Shown here: positions 47,501-62,000 of the stretch, in pieces
Position numbering within the stretch: the first letter of the stretch is position 1
Layout: the number at the start of each line of letters is the position of its first letter
Assembly: GCA_964035545.1 (NCBI GenBank)
Contig: CAXIUT010000183.1
Location: forward strand, 62,001 to 126,000
Source of the DNA: Bugula neritina
Lineage: Eukaryota; Animalia; Bryozoa
Length of the DNA stretch: 64,000 bases
Direction of reading: 5' to 3'
The notes under the pieces: generated by a model
Seen by the model: the letters and a program-made list of their open reading frames with translations, nothing else
Told to the model about the DNA's origin: nothing
Databases searched by the model: none
Translations under genes and position numbers: made by a program

Positions 47501-50045
47501 TTATACTGTAACACATTGAAAAATACTGGAACACACTGAAATATACTCTGACACAATGCAATATACTGTAACATACTGAAATATGCTGTAGCACACTGAA
47601 ATACACTGCAACTCACTGAAATATACTGCAACATACTGAAAAACACTGTAACATATTGAAACATACTGCAACATACTGCAACATACTGAAATACACTGTA
47701 ACATACTGAAATACATTGCAAAATACTACAACATATTGAAATACACTGCAACACATTAAAATATACTGCAACATACCTAAATATCCGGTAATATACTGAA
47801 ATATACTGTAACACATTGAAAAATACTGCAACATACTGAAATACACTGCAACCCACTGAAATACATCGCAAAAGACTACAACATACTGAAATACACTGTA
47901 ACCTATTGAAATACACTGCAACACATTGAAATATACTGCAACCTATAGAAATATATGGTAAACTACTGAAATATACTGTAACACATTGAAAAATACTGCA
48001 ACATACTGAAACATACTGCGACACATTGCATTATACTGTAACATACTGAAACACGCTGTAGCACACTGAAATAGACTGCAGCTCACTGAAATATACTGCA
48101 ACATACTGAAATACACTGCTACATACTGAAATATACTGCAACACACTGCAACATACTGAAATACACTGTAACATACTGAAATACACTGCAACAAACTACA
48201 ACATATTGAAACACACTGCAACACATTGAAATATACTGCAACATACCTAAATATACGGTAATATACCGAAAAAAAAACTGTAACAGATTGAAAAATTCTG
48301 CAACATACTGAAATAAACTGCAACACACTGAAATACAGCGCAAAATACTACAACATAGTGAAATACACTGTAACATATTGAAATACACTGCAACACTTTG
48401 AAATATACTGCAACATACCGAAATATATGGTAAACTACTAGAATATACTGTAACACTTTGAAAAATAGTGCAACACACTGAAATATACTCTGACACATTG
48501 CAATATACTGTAACATACTGAAATATGCTGTAGCACACTGAAATACACTGCAACTCACTGAAATATACTGCAACATACTGAAATACACTGTAACATATTG
48601 AAACATACTGCAACATACTGCAACATACTGAAATACACTGTAACATACTGAAATACATTGCAAAATACTACAACATATTGAAATACACTGTAACACATTG
48701 AAATATACTACAACATACCTAAATATACGGTAATATACTGAAATATACTGTAACACATTGAAAAATACTGCAACATACTGAAATACACTGCAACCCACTG
48801 AAATACATCGCAAAATACTACAACATACTGAAATCCACTGTAACAAATTGAAATACACTGCAACACATTGAAATATACTGCAACCTACAGAAATATATGG
48901 TAAACTACTGAAATATATTGTAACACATTGAAAAATACTGCAACATACTGAAATATACTGCGACACATTGCAATATACTGTAACATACTGAAACATAGTG
49001 CAGCACACCGAAATAGACTGCAGCTCACTGAAATATACTGCATTATACTGAAATTCACTGCAGCATCCTACAACATGCTGAAATACACTGTAACATATTG
49101 AAGTACACTGCAACAAACTACAACATATTGAAATACACTGCAACGCATTGAAAAACACTGCAACACATTGAAATATACTGCAACATACCAAAATATATGG
49201 TAAAATGCTGAAATATACTTCAACACACTGAAAAATACCGCAACATACTGAAATATACTGTGACACACTGCAATATACTGCAACATACTGAAATACACTG
49301 CTAGATACTGAAATATACAGCAACATACTGCAACATTCTGAAATACACTGTAACATACTGAAATACACTGCAACAAACTACAACATATTGAAATACACTG
49401 CAACACATTGAAATATACTGCAAAGTACCTAAATATACGGTAATATACCGAAAAAAAAACTGTAACAGATTGAAAAATTCTGCAACATACTGAAATAAAC
49501 TGTAACACACTGAAATACACCGCAAAATACTACAACATACTGAAATACACTGTAACATATTGAAATACGCTGCAACACTTTGAAATATACTGCAACATAC
49601 CGAAATATATGGTAAACTACTAAAATATACTGTAACACTCTGAAAAATAGTGCAACATACTGAAATATACTGCGACACTTTGCAATGTACTGTAACATAC
49701 TGAAATATACTGTAACACACTGAAATATACTGCAACATACTGAAATACACTGTAACATACTGAAATAAACTGCAACATACCAAAATATATGGTAAACTAC
49801 TGAAATATACTTTAACACATTGAAAAATACAGCAACATACTAAAGTATACTGTAACACACTGCAAGATACTGCAACATACCGAAATACACTGTAACATAC
49901 TGAAACACACTGCAACATACTGCATTATACTGACATACACTGGAACATATTGAAATACACTGCAACACATTGAAATATACTGCAACATACCTAAATATAC
50001 GGTATTATACTGAAATATACTGTAACACATTGAAAAATACTGCAA
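41563..50045 (+). repeat. 4,628-bp tandem higher-order repeat (about 1.8 copies), itself made of 1,642 + 2,044 + 942 bp related sub-blocks
   Basis: ORF markers pair as 41673/46301, 42650/47278, 43619/48247 and 44673/49301 (all 4628). The 179-aa marker occurs at 41849, 43491, 45535, 46477 and 48119. Confidence 0.9.
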
Positions 50046-53000
50046 GATACTGAAATATACTGTGACACATTGCAATATACTGTAACATACTGAAATATGC
50101 TCAAGCACACTGAAATACACTGCACCTCACTGAAATATACTGCAACATACTGAAATACACTGCAACATATTGAAAGACACTGCAAGATAATGAAATATAC
50201 TGCAACATACCAAAATACATGGTAAACTACTGAAATATATTTTAACACATTAAAAAATACTGCAACATACTGAAATATACTGTAACATACTGAAATACAC
50301 TGCTACATACTGAAATATACTGCAACATACTGCAACATACTGAATTACACTGTAACATACTGAATACACTGCAACAAACTACAACATATTGAAATACACT
50401 GCAACACATTGAAATATACTGCAACATACCTAAATATACGGTAATATAGCGGAAAAAAAACTGTAACAGATTGAAAAATTCTGCAACATACTGAAATATA
50501 CTGCGACACATTGCAATATACTGTAACATACCGAAATATGCTCCAGCACACTGAAATACACTGCAACCCACTGAAATATACTGCAACATACTGAAATACA
50601 CTGCAACACATTGAAATACACTGCAACATACCAAAATAAATGGTAAACTACTGAAATATACTTTAACACATTGAAAAATACTGCAACATACTGAAATATA
50701 CTGTAACACACTGAAATATACTGCAACATACCAAAATATATGGTAAACTACTGAAATATACTTTAACACATTGAAAAATACTGCAACATACTAAAGTATA
50801 CTGTAACACACTGCAAGATACTGCAACATACCGAAATACACTGTAACATACTGAAACACACTGCAACATACTGCATTACACTGACATACACTGGAACATA
50901 TTGAAATACACTGCAACATCCTACAACATGCTGAAATACACTGTAACATATTGAAATACACTGCAACACAATGAAATATACTGCAACATACCAAAATATA
51001 TGGTAAACTACTGAAATATACTTTAACACATTGAAAAATACTGCAACATACTGAAATATACTGTAACACACTGAAATATACTGCAACATACTGAAATACA
51101 CTGTAACATACTGAAATAAACTGCAACATACTGAAATACACTGCAACATCCTACACCATACTGAATTACACTGTAACATATTGAAATACACTGCAACACA
51201 TTGAAAAATACTGCAACATAGCGAAATATATGGTAAACTATTGAATTATACTGTAACACATTGAAAAATAGTGAAACACACTGAAATATACTCTGACACA
51301 ATGCAATATACTGTAACATACTGAAATATGCTGTAGCACACTGAAATACACTGCGACTCACTGAAATATACTGCAACATACTGAAAAATACTGTAACATA
51401 TTGAAACATACTGCAACATACTGCAACATACTGAATTACACTGTAACATACTGAAATAAATTGCAAAATACTACAACATATTGAAATACACTGCAACACA
51501 TTGAAATATACTGCAACATACCTAAATATCCGGTAATATACTGAAATACACTGCAACCCACTGAAAAACATCGCAAAAGACTACAACATACTGAAATACA
51601 CTGTAACATATTGAAATACACTCCAACAAATTGAAATATACTGCAACCTATAGAAATATATGGTAAACTACTGAAATATACAGTAACACAATGAAAAATA
51701 CTGCAACATACTGAAACATAGTGCGACACATTGCAATATACTGTAACATACTGAAATATGCTGTAGCACACTGAAATAGACTGCAGCTCACTGAAATATA
51801 CTGCAACATACTGAAATTCACTGCAGCATCCTACAACATGCTGAAATACACAGTAACATATTGAAATACACTGCAACACATTGAAATATACTGCAACATA
51901 CCTAAATATACGGTAATATACTGAAATATACTGTAACACATTGAAAAATACTGCAAGATACTGAAATATACTGTGACACATTGCAATATACTGTAACATA
52001 CTGAAATATGCTCAAGCACACTGAAATACACTGCACCTCACTGAAATATACTGCAACATACTGAAATACACTGCAACATATTGAAAGACACTGCAAGATA
52101 AAGAAATATACTGCAACATACCAAAATACATGGTAAACTACTGAAATATATTTTAACACATTGAAAAATACTGCAACATACTGAATTATACTGTAACACA
52201 CTGAAATATACTGCAACATACTGAAATACACTGCTACATACTGAAATATACTGCAACATACTGCAACATACTGAAATACACTGTAACATACTGAATACAC
52301 TGCAACAAACTACAACATATTGAAATACACTGCAACACATTGAAATACACTGCAACATACCAAAATAAACGGTAAACTACTGAAATATACTTTAACACAT
52401 TGAAAAATACTGCAACATACTGAAATATACTGTAACACACTGAAATATACTGCAACATACTGAAATACACTGTAACATACTGAAATAAACTGCAACATAC
52501 TGAAATACACTGCAACATCCTACAACATACTGATATACACTGTAACATATTGAAATACACTGCAACACCATGAAATACACTGCAACATACTACAAAATAT
52601 TCAAATACACTGTAACACATCGAAATATACTACAACATACCTAAATATCCGGTAATATACTGAAATATACTGTAACACATTGAAAAACACTGCAACATAC
52701 TGAAATACACTGCAACCCACTGAAATACATCGCAAAATACTACAACATACAGAAATACACTGTAACATATTGAAATACACTGCAACACATTGAAATATAC
52801 TGCAACCTACAGAAATATTTGGTAAACTACTGAAATATACTGTAACACATTGAAAAATAGTGCAACACACTGAAATATACTCTGACACATTGCAATATAC
52901 TGTAACATACTGAAATATGCTGTAGCACACTGAAATACACTGCAACTCACTGAAATATACTGCAACATACTGAAATACACTGTAACATATTGAAACATAC

Positions 53001-56000
53001 TGCAACATACTGCAACATACTGAAATACACTGTAACATACTGAAATACATTGCAAAATACTACAACATATTGAAATACACTGTAACACATTGAAATATAC
53101 TACAACATACCTAAATATCCGGTAATATACTGAAATATACTGTAACACATTGAAAAATACTGCAACATACTGAAATACACTGCAACCCACTGAAATACAT
53201 CGCAAAATACTACAACATACTGAAATCCACTGTAACAAATTGAAATACACTGCAACACATTGAAATATACTGCAACCTACAGAAATATATGGTAAACTAC
53301 TGAAATATACTGTAACACATTGAAAAATACTGCAACATACTGAAATATACTGCGACACATTGCAATATACTGTAACATACTGAAACATAGTGCAGCACAC
53401 CGAAATAGACTGCAGCTCACTGAAATATACTGCATTATACTGAAATTCACTGCAGCATCCTACAACATGCTGAAATACACTGTAACATATTGAAGTACAC
53501 TGCAACAAACTACAACATATTGAAATACACTGCAACACATTGAAATATACTGCAAAGTACCTAAATATACGGTAATATACCGAAAAAAAAACTGTAACAG
53601 ATTGAAAAATTCTGCAACATACTGAAATAAACTGTAACACACTGAAATACACCGCAAAATACTACAACATACTGAAATACACTGTAACATATTGAAATAC
53701 GCTGCAACACTTTGAAATATACTGCAACATACCGAAATATATGGTAAACTACTAAAATATACTGTAACACTCTGAAAAATAGTGCAACATACTGAAATAT
53801 ACTGCGACACTTTGCAATGTACTGTAACATACTGAAATATACTGTAACACACTGAAATATACTGCAACATACTGAAATACACTGTAACATACTGAAATAA
53901 ACTGCAACATACCAAAATATATGGTAAACTACTGAAATATACTTTAACACATTGAAAAATACAGCAACATACTAAAGTATACTGTAACACACTGCAAGAT
54001 ACTGCAACATACCGAAATACACTGTAACATACTGAAACACACTGCAACATACTGCATTATACTGACATACACTGGAACATATTGAAATACACTGCAACAC
54101 ATTGAAATATACTGCAACATACCTAAATATACGGTATTATACTGAAAGATACTGTAACACATTGAAAAATACTGCAAGATACTGAAATATACTGTGACAC
54201 ATTGCAATATACTGTAACATACTGAAATATGCTCAAGCACACTGAAATACACTGCACCTCACTGAAATATACTGCAACATACTGAAATACACTGCAACAT
54301 ATTGAAAGACACTGCAAGATAATGAAATATACTGCAACATACCAAAATATATGGTAAACTGCTGAAATATACTTTAACACATTGAAAAACACTGCAACAT
54401 ACTGAAATATACTGTAACACACTGAAATATACTGCAACATACTGAAATACACAGCTAGATACTGAAATGTACTGCAACATACTGCAACATTCTGAAATAC
54501 ACTGTAACATACTGAAATACACTGCAACAAACCACAACATATTGAAATACACTGCAACACATTGAAATAGACTGCAACCTACCTAACTATACGGTAATAT
54601 ACCGAAAAAAAAACTGTAACAGATTGAAAAATTCTGCAACATACTGAAATAAACTGCAACACACTGAAATACACCGCAAAATACTACAACATACTGAAAT
54701 ACACTGTAACATATTGAAATACACTGCAACACTTTGAAATATACTGCAACATACTGAAATATATGGTAAACTACTAAAATATACTGTAACACTTTGAAAA
54801 ATAGTGCAACATACTGAAATATACTGCGACACTTTGCAATGTACTGTAACATACTGAAATATGCTGTAGCACACTGAAATACACTGCAACTCACTGAAAT
54901 ATACTGCAACATATTGAAATACACTGCAACATCCTACAACATGCTAAAATACACTGTAACATATTGAAATACACTACAACACATTGAAATATACTGCAAC
55001 ATACCGGAATATATGGTAAACTACTGAAATATACTGTAACACACTGAAAAATACTGCAACATACTGAAATATACTGCGAGACATTGCAATATACTGCAAC
55101 ATACCAAAATATATGGTAAACTACTGAAATATACTTTAACACATTGAAAAATACTGCAACATACTGAAATATACTGTAACACACTGAAATATACTGCAAC
55201 AAACTGAAATACACTGTAACATACTGAAATAAACTGCAACATACCAAAATATATGGTAAACTACTGAAATATACTTTAACACATTGAAAAATACTGCAAC
55301 ATACTAAAATATACTGTAACACACTGCAAGATACTGCAACATACCGAAATACACTGTAACATACTGAAACACACTGCAACATATTGCATTATACTGACAT
55401 ACACTGGAACATATTGAAATACACTGCATCATCCTACAACATGCTGAAATACACTGTAACATATTGAAATACACTGCAACACAATGAAATATACTGCAAC
55501 ATACCAAAATATATGGTAAACTACTGAAATATACTTTAACACATTGAAAAATACTGCAATATACTGAAATATACTGTAACACACTGAAATATACTGCAAC
55601 ATACTGAAATACACTGTAACATACTGAAATAAACTGCAACATACTGAAATACACTGCAACATCCTACAACATACTGAATTACACTGTAACATATTGAAAT
55701 ACACTGCAACACATTGAAAAATACTGCAACATACCGAAATATATGGTAAACTATTGAATTATACTGTAACACATTGAAAAATAGTGAAACACACTGAAAT
55801 ATACTCTGACACAATGCAATATACTGTAACATACTGAAATATGCTGTAGCACACTGAAATACACTGCAGCTCACTGAAATATACTGCATTATACTGAAAT
55901 TCACTGCAGCATCCTACAACATGCTGAAATACACTGTAACATATTGAAATACATTGCAACAAACTACAACATATTGAAATCCACTGCAACACATTGAAAG

Positions 56001-59000
56001 ACACTGCAACAGATTGAAATATACTGCAACATACCAAAATATATGGTAAACTGCTGAAATATACTTTAACACATTGAAAAACACTGCAACATACTGAAAT
56101 ATACTGTAACACACTGAAATATACTGCAACATACTGAAATACACTGCTAGATACTGAAATGTACTGCAACATACTGCAACATTCTGAAATACACTGTAAC
56201 ATACTGAAATACACTGCAACAAACCACAACATATTGAAATACACTGCAACACATTGAAATAGACTGCAACCTACCTAAATATACGGTAATATACCGAAAA
56301 AAAAACTGTAACAGATTGAAAAATTCTGCAACATACTGAAATAAACTGCAACACACTGAAATACACCGCAAAATACTACAACATACTGAAATACACTGTA
56401 ACATATTGAAATACACTGCAACACTTTGAAATATACTGCAACATACCGAAATATATGGTAAACTACTATAATATACTGTAACACTTTGAAAAATAGTGCA
56501 ACATACTGAAATATACTGCGACACTTTGCAATGTACTGTAACATACTGAAATATGCTGTAGCACACTGAAATACACTGCAACTCACTGAAATATACTGCA
56601 ACATATTGAAATACACTGCAACATCCTACAACATGCTAAAATACACAGTAACATATTGAAATACACTACAACACATTGAAATATACTGCAACATACCGGA
56701 ATATATGGTAAACTACTGGAATATACTGTAACACACTGTAAAATACTGCAACATACTGAAATATACTGCGAGACATTGCAATATACTGCAACATACCAAA
56801 ATATATGGTAAACTACTGAAATATACTTTAACACATTGAAAAATACTGCAACATACTGAAATATACTGTAACACACTGAAATATACTGCAACAAACTGAA
56901 ATACACTGTAACATACTGAAATAAACTGCAACATACCAAAATATATGGTAAACTACTGAAATATACTTTAACACATTGAAAAATACTGCAACATACTAAA
57001 ATATACTGTAACACACTGCAAGATACTGCAACATACCGAAATACACTGTAACATACTGAAACACACTGCAACATACTGCATTATACTGACATACACTGGA
57101 ACATATTGAAATACACTGCAACATCCTACAACATGCTGAAATACACTGTAACATATTGAAATACACTGCAACACAATGAAATATACTGCAACATACCAAA
57201 ATATATGGTAAACTACTGAAATATACTTTAACACATTGAAAAACACTGCAATATACTGAAATATACTGTAACACACTGAAATATACTGCAACATACTGAA
57301 ATACACTGTAACATACTGAAATAAACTGCAACATACTGAAATACACTGCAACATCCTACAACATACTGAATTACACTGTAACATATTGAAATACACTGCA
57401 ACACATTGAAAAATACTGCAACATACCGAAATATATGGTAAACTATTGAATTATACTGTAACACATTGAAAAATAGTGAAACACACTGAAATATACTCTG
57501 ACACAATGCAATATACTGTAACATACTGAAATATGCTGTAGCACACTGAAATACACTGCAACTCACTGAAATATACTGCAACATACTGAAAAACACTGTA
57601 ACATATTGAAACATACTGCAACATACTACAACATATTGAAATACACTGCAACACATTGAAATATACTGCAACATACCTAAATATCCGGTAATATACTGAA
57701 ATATACTGTAACACATTGAAAAATATTGCAACATACTGAAATACACTGCAACCCACTGAAATACATCGCAAAAGACTACAACATACTGAAATATACTGTA
57801 ACACACTGAAATATACTGCAACATACTGAAATACACTGAAACATACTGAAATAAACTGCAATATACCAAAATATATGGTAAACTATTGAAATATACTGTA
57901 ACACACTGAAAAATACTGCAACATACTGAAATATACTGCGACACATTGCAATATACTGCAACATACCAAAATATATGGTAAACTACTGAAATATACTTCA
58001 ACACATTGAAAATTACTGCAACATACTGAAATATACTGTAACACACTGAAATATCCTGCAACAAACTGAAATACACTGTAACATATTGAAATAAACTGCA
58101 ACATACCAAAATATATGGTAAACTACTGAAATATACTTTAACACATTGAAAAATACTGCAACATACTAAAATATACCGTAACACACTGCAAGATACTGCA
58201 ACATACCGAAATACACTGTAACATACTGAAACACACTGCAACATACTGCATTATACTGACTAACACTGGAACATATTGAAATACACTGCAACAACCTACA
58301 ACATGCTGAAATACACTGTAACATATTGAAATACACTGCAACACAATGAAATACACTGCAACATACCAAAATATATGGTAAACTACTGAAATATACTTTA
58401 ACACATTGAAAAATACTGCAACATACTGAAATATACTGTAACACACTGAAATGTACTGCAACATACTGAAATACACTGTAACATACTGAAATAAACTGTA
58501 ACATACTGAAATACACTGCAACATCCTACAACATACTGAATTACACTGTAACATTGTGAAATACACTGCAACACATTGAAAAATACTGCAACATACCGAA
58601 ATATACGGTAAACTATTGAATTATACTGTAACACATTGAAAAATACTGAAACACACTGAAATATACTCTGACACAATGCAATATACTGTAACATACTGAA
58701 ATATGCTGTAGCACACTGAAATACACTGCGACTCACTGAAATATACTACAACATACTGAAAAACACTGTAACATATTGAAACATACTGCAACATACTACA
58801 ACATATTGAAATACACTGCAACACATTGAAATATACTGCAACATACCTAAATATCCGGTAATATACTGAAATATACTGTAACACATTGAAAAATACTACA
58901 ACATACTGAAATACACTGTAACATATTGAAATACACTGCAACACATTGAAATATACTGCAACCTATAGAAATATATGGTAAACTACTGAAATATACTGTA

Positions 59001-62000
59001 ACACATTGAAAAATACTGCAACATACTGAAACATTCTGCGACACATTGCAATATACAGTAACATACTGAAACATGCTGTAGCACACTGAAATAGACTGCA
59101 GCTCACTGAAATATACTGCAACATACTGAAATACACTGCTACATACTGAAATACACTGCAACAAACTACAACATATTGAAATACACTGCAACACATTGAA
59201 ATATACTGCAACATACCTAAATATACGGTAATATACCGAAAAGAAAACTGTAACAGATTGAAAAATTCTGCAACATACTGAAATAAACTGCAACACACTG
59301 AAATACAGAGCAAAATACTACAACATACTGAAATACACTGTAACATATTGAAATACACTGCAACACTTTGAAATATACTGCAACATACCGAAATATATGG
59401 TAAACTACTAAAATATACTGTAACACTTTGAGAAATAGTGCAACACACTGAAATATACTCTGACACATTGCAATATACTGTAACATACTGAAATATGCTG
59501 TAGCACACTGAAATACATTGCAACTCACTGAAATATACTGCAACATACTGAAATACACTGTAACATATTGAAAAATACTGCAACATACTGCAACATACTG
59601 AAATACACTGTAACATACTGAAATACATTGCAAAATACTACAACATACTGAAATACACTGTAACACATTGGAATATACTACAACATACCTAAATATCCGG
59701 TAATATACTGAAATATACTGTAACACATTGAAAAATACTGCAACATACTGAAATATACTGCAACATACTGAAACACACTGCTAGATACTGAAATGTACTG
59801 CAACATACTGCAACATTCTGAAATACACTGTAACATACTGAAATACACTGCAACAAACCACAACATATTGAAATACACTGCAACACATTGAAATAGACTG
59901 CAACCTACCTAAATATACGGTAATATACCGAAAAAAAAACTGTAACAGATTGAAAAATTCTGCAACATACTGAAATAAACTTCAACACACTGAAATACAC
60001 CGCAAAATACTACAACATACTGAAATACACTGTAACATATTGAAATACACTGCAACACTTTGAAATATACTGCAACATACCGAAATATATGGTAAACTAC
60101 TAAAATATACTGTAACACTTTGAAAAATAGTGCAACATACTGAAATATACTGCGACACTTTGCACTGTACTGTAACATACTGAAATATGCTGTAGCACAC
60201 TGAAATACACTGCAACTCACTGAAATATACTGCAACATATTGAAATACACTGCAACATCCTACAACATGCTAAAATACACTGTAACATATTGAAATACAC
60301 TACAACACATTGAAATATACTGCAACATACCGGAATATATGGTAAACTACTGAAATATACTGTAACACACTGAAAAATACTGCAACATACTGAAATATAC
60401 TGCGACACATTGCAATATACTGCAACATACCAAAATATATGGTAAACTACTGAAATATACTTTAACACATTGAAAAATACTGCAACATACTGAAATATAC
60501 TGTAACACACTGAAATATACTGCAACATACTGAAATACACTGTAACATACTGAAATAAACTGCAACATACCAAAATATATGGTAAACTACTGAAATATAC
60601 TTTAACACATTGAAAAATACTGCAACATACTAAAATATACTGTAACACACTGCAAGATACTGCAACATACCGAAATACACTGTAACATACTGAAACACAC
60701 TGCAACATACTGCATTATACCGACATACACTGGAACATATTGAAATACACTGCAACATCCTACAACATGCTGAAATACACTGTAACATATTGAAATACAC
60801 TGCAACACAATGAAATATACTGCAACATACCAAAATATATGGTAAACTACTGAAATATACTTTAACACATTGAAAAATACTGCAATATACTGAAATACAC
60901 TGTAACACACTGAAATATACTTCAACATACTGAAATACACTGTAACATACTGAAATAAACTGCAACATACTGAAATACACTGCAACATCCTACAACATAC
61001 TGAATTACACTGTAACATATTGAAATACACTGCAACACATTGAAAAATACTGCAACATACCGAAATATATGGTAAACTATTGAATTATACTGTAACACAT
61101 TGAAAAATACTGAAACACACTGAAATTTACTCTGACACAATGCAATATACTGTAACATACTGAAATATGCTGTAGCACACTGAAATACACTGCAACTCAC
61201 TGAAATATACTGCAACATACTGAAATACACTGTAACATATTGAAAAATACTGCAACATACTGCAACATACTGAAATACACTGTAACATACTGAAATACAT
61301 TGCAACAAACTACAACATATTGAAATCCACTGCAACACATTGAAAGACACTGCAAAACATTGAAATATACTGCAACATACCAAAATATATGGTAAACTGC
61401 TGAAATATACTTTAACACATTGAAAAACACTGCAACATACTGAAATATACTGTAACACACTGAAATATACTGCAACATACTGAAATACACTGCTAGATAC
61501 TGAAATGTACTGCAACATACTGCAACATTCTGAAATACACTGTAACATACTGAAATACACTGCAACAAACCACAACATATTGAAATACACTGCAACACAT
61601 TGAAATAGACTGCAACCTACCTAAATATACGGTAATATACCGAAAAAAAAACTGTAACAGATTGAAAAATTCTGCAACATACTGAAATAAACTGCAACAC
61701 ACTGAAATACACCGCAAAATACTACAACATACTGAAATACACTGTAACATATTGAAATACACTGCAACACTTTGAAATATACTGCAACATACCGAAATAT
61801 ATGGTAAACTACTAAAATATACTGTAACACTTTGAAAAATAGTGCAACATACTGAAATATACTGCGACACTTTGCAATGTACTGTAACATACTGAAATAT
61901 GCTGTAGCACACTGAAATACACTGCAACTCACTGAAATATACTGCAACATATTGAAATACACTGCAACATCCTACAACATGCTAAAATACACTGTAACAT

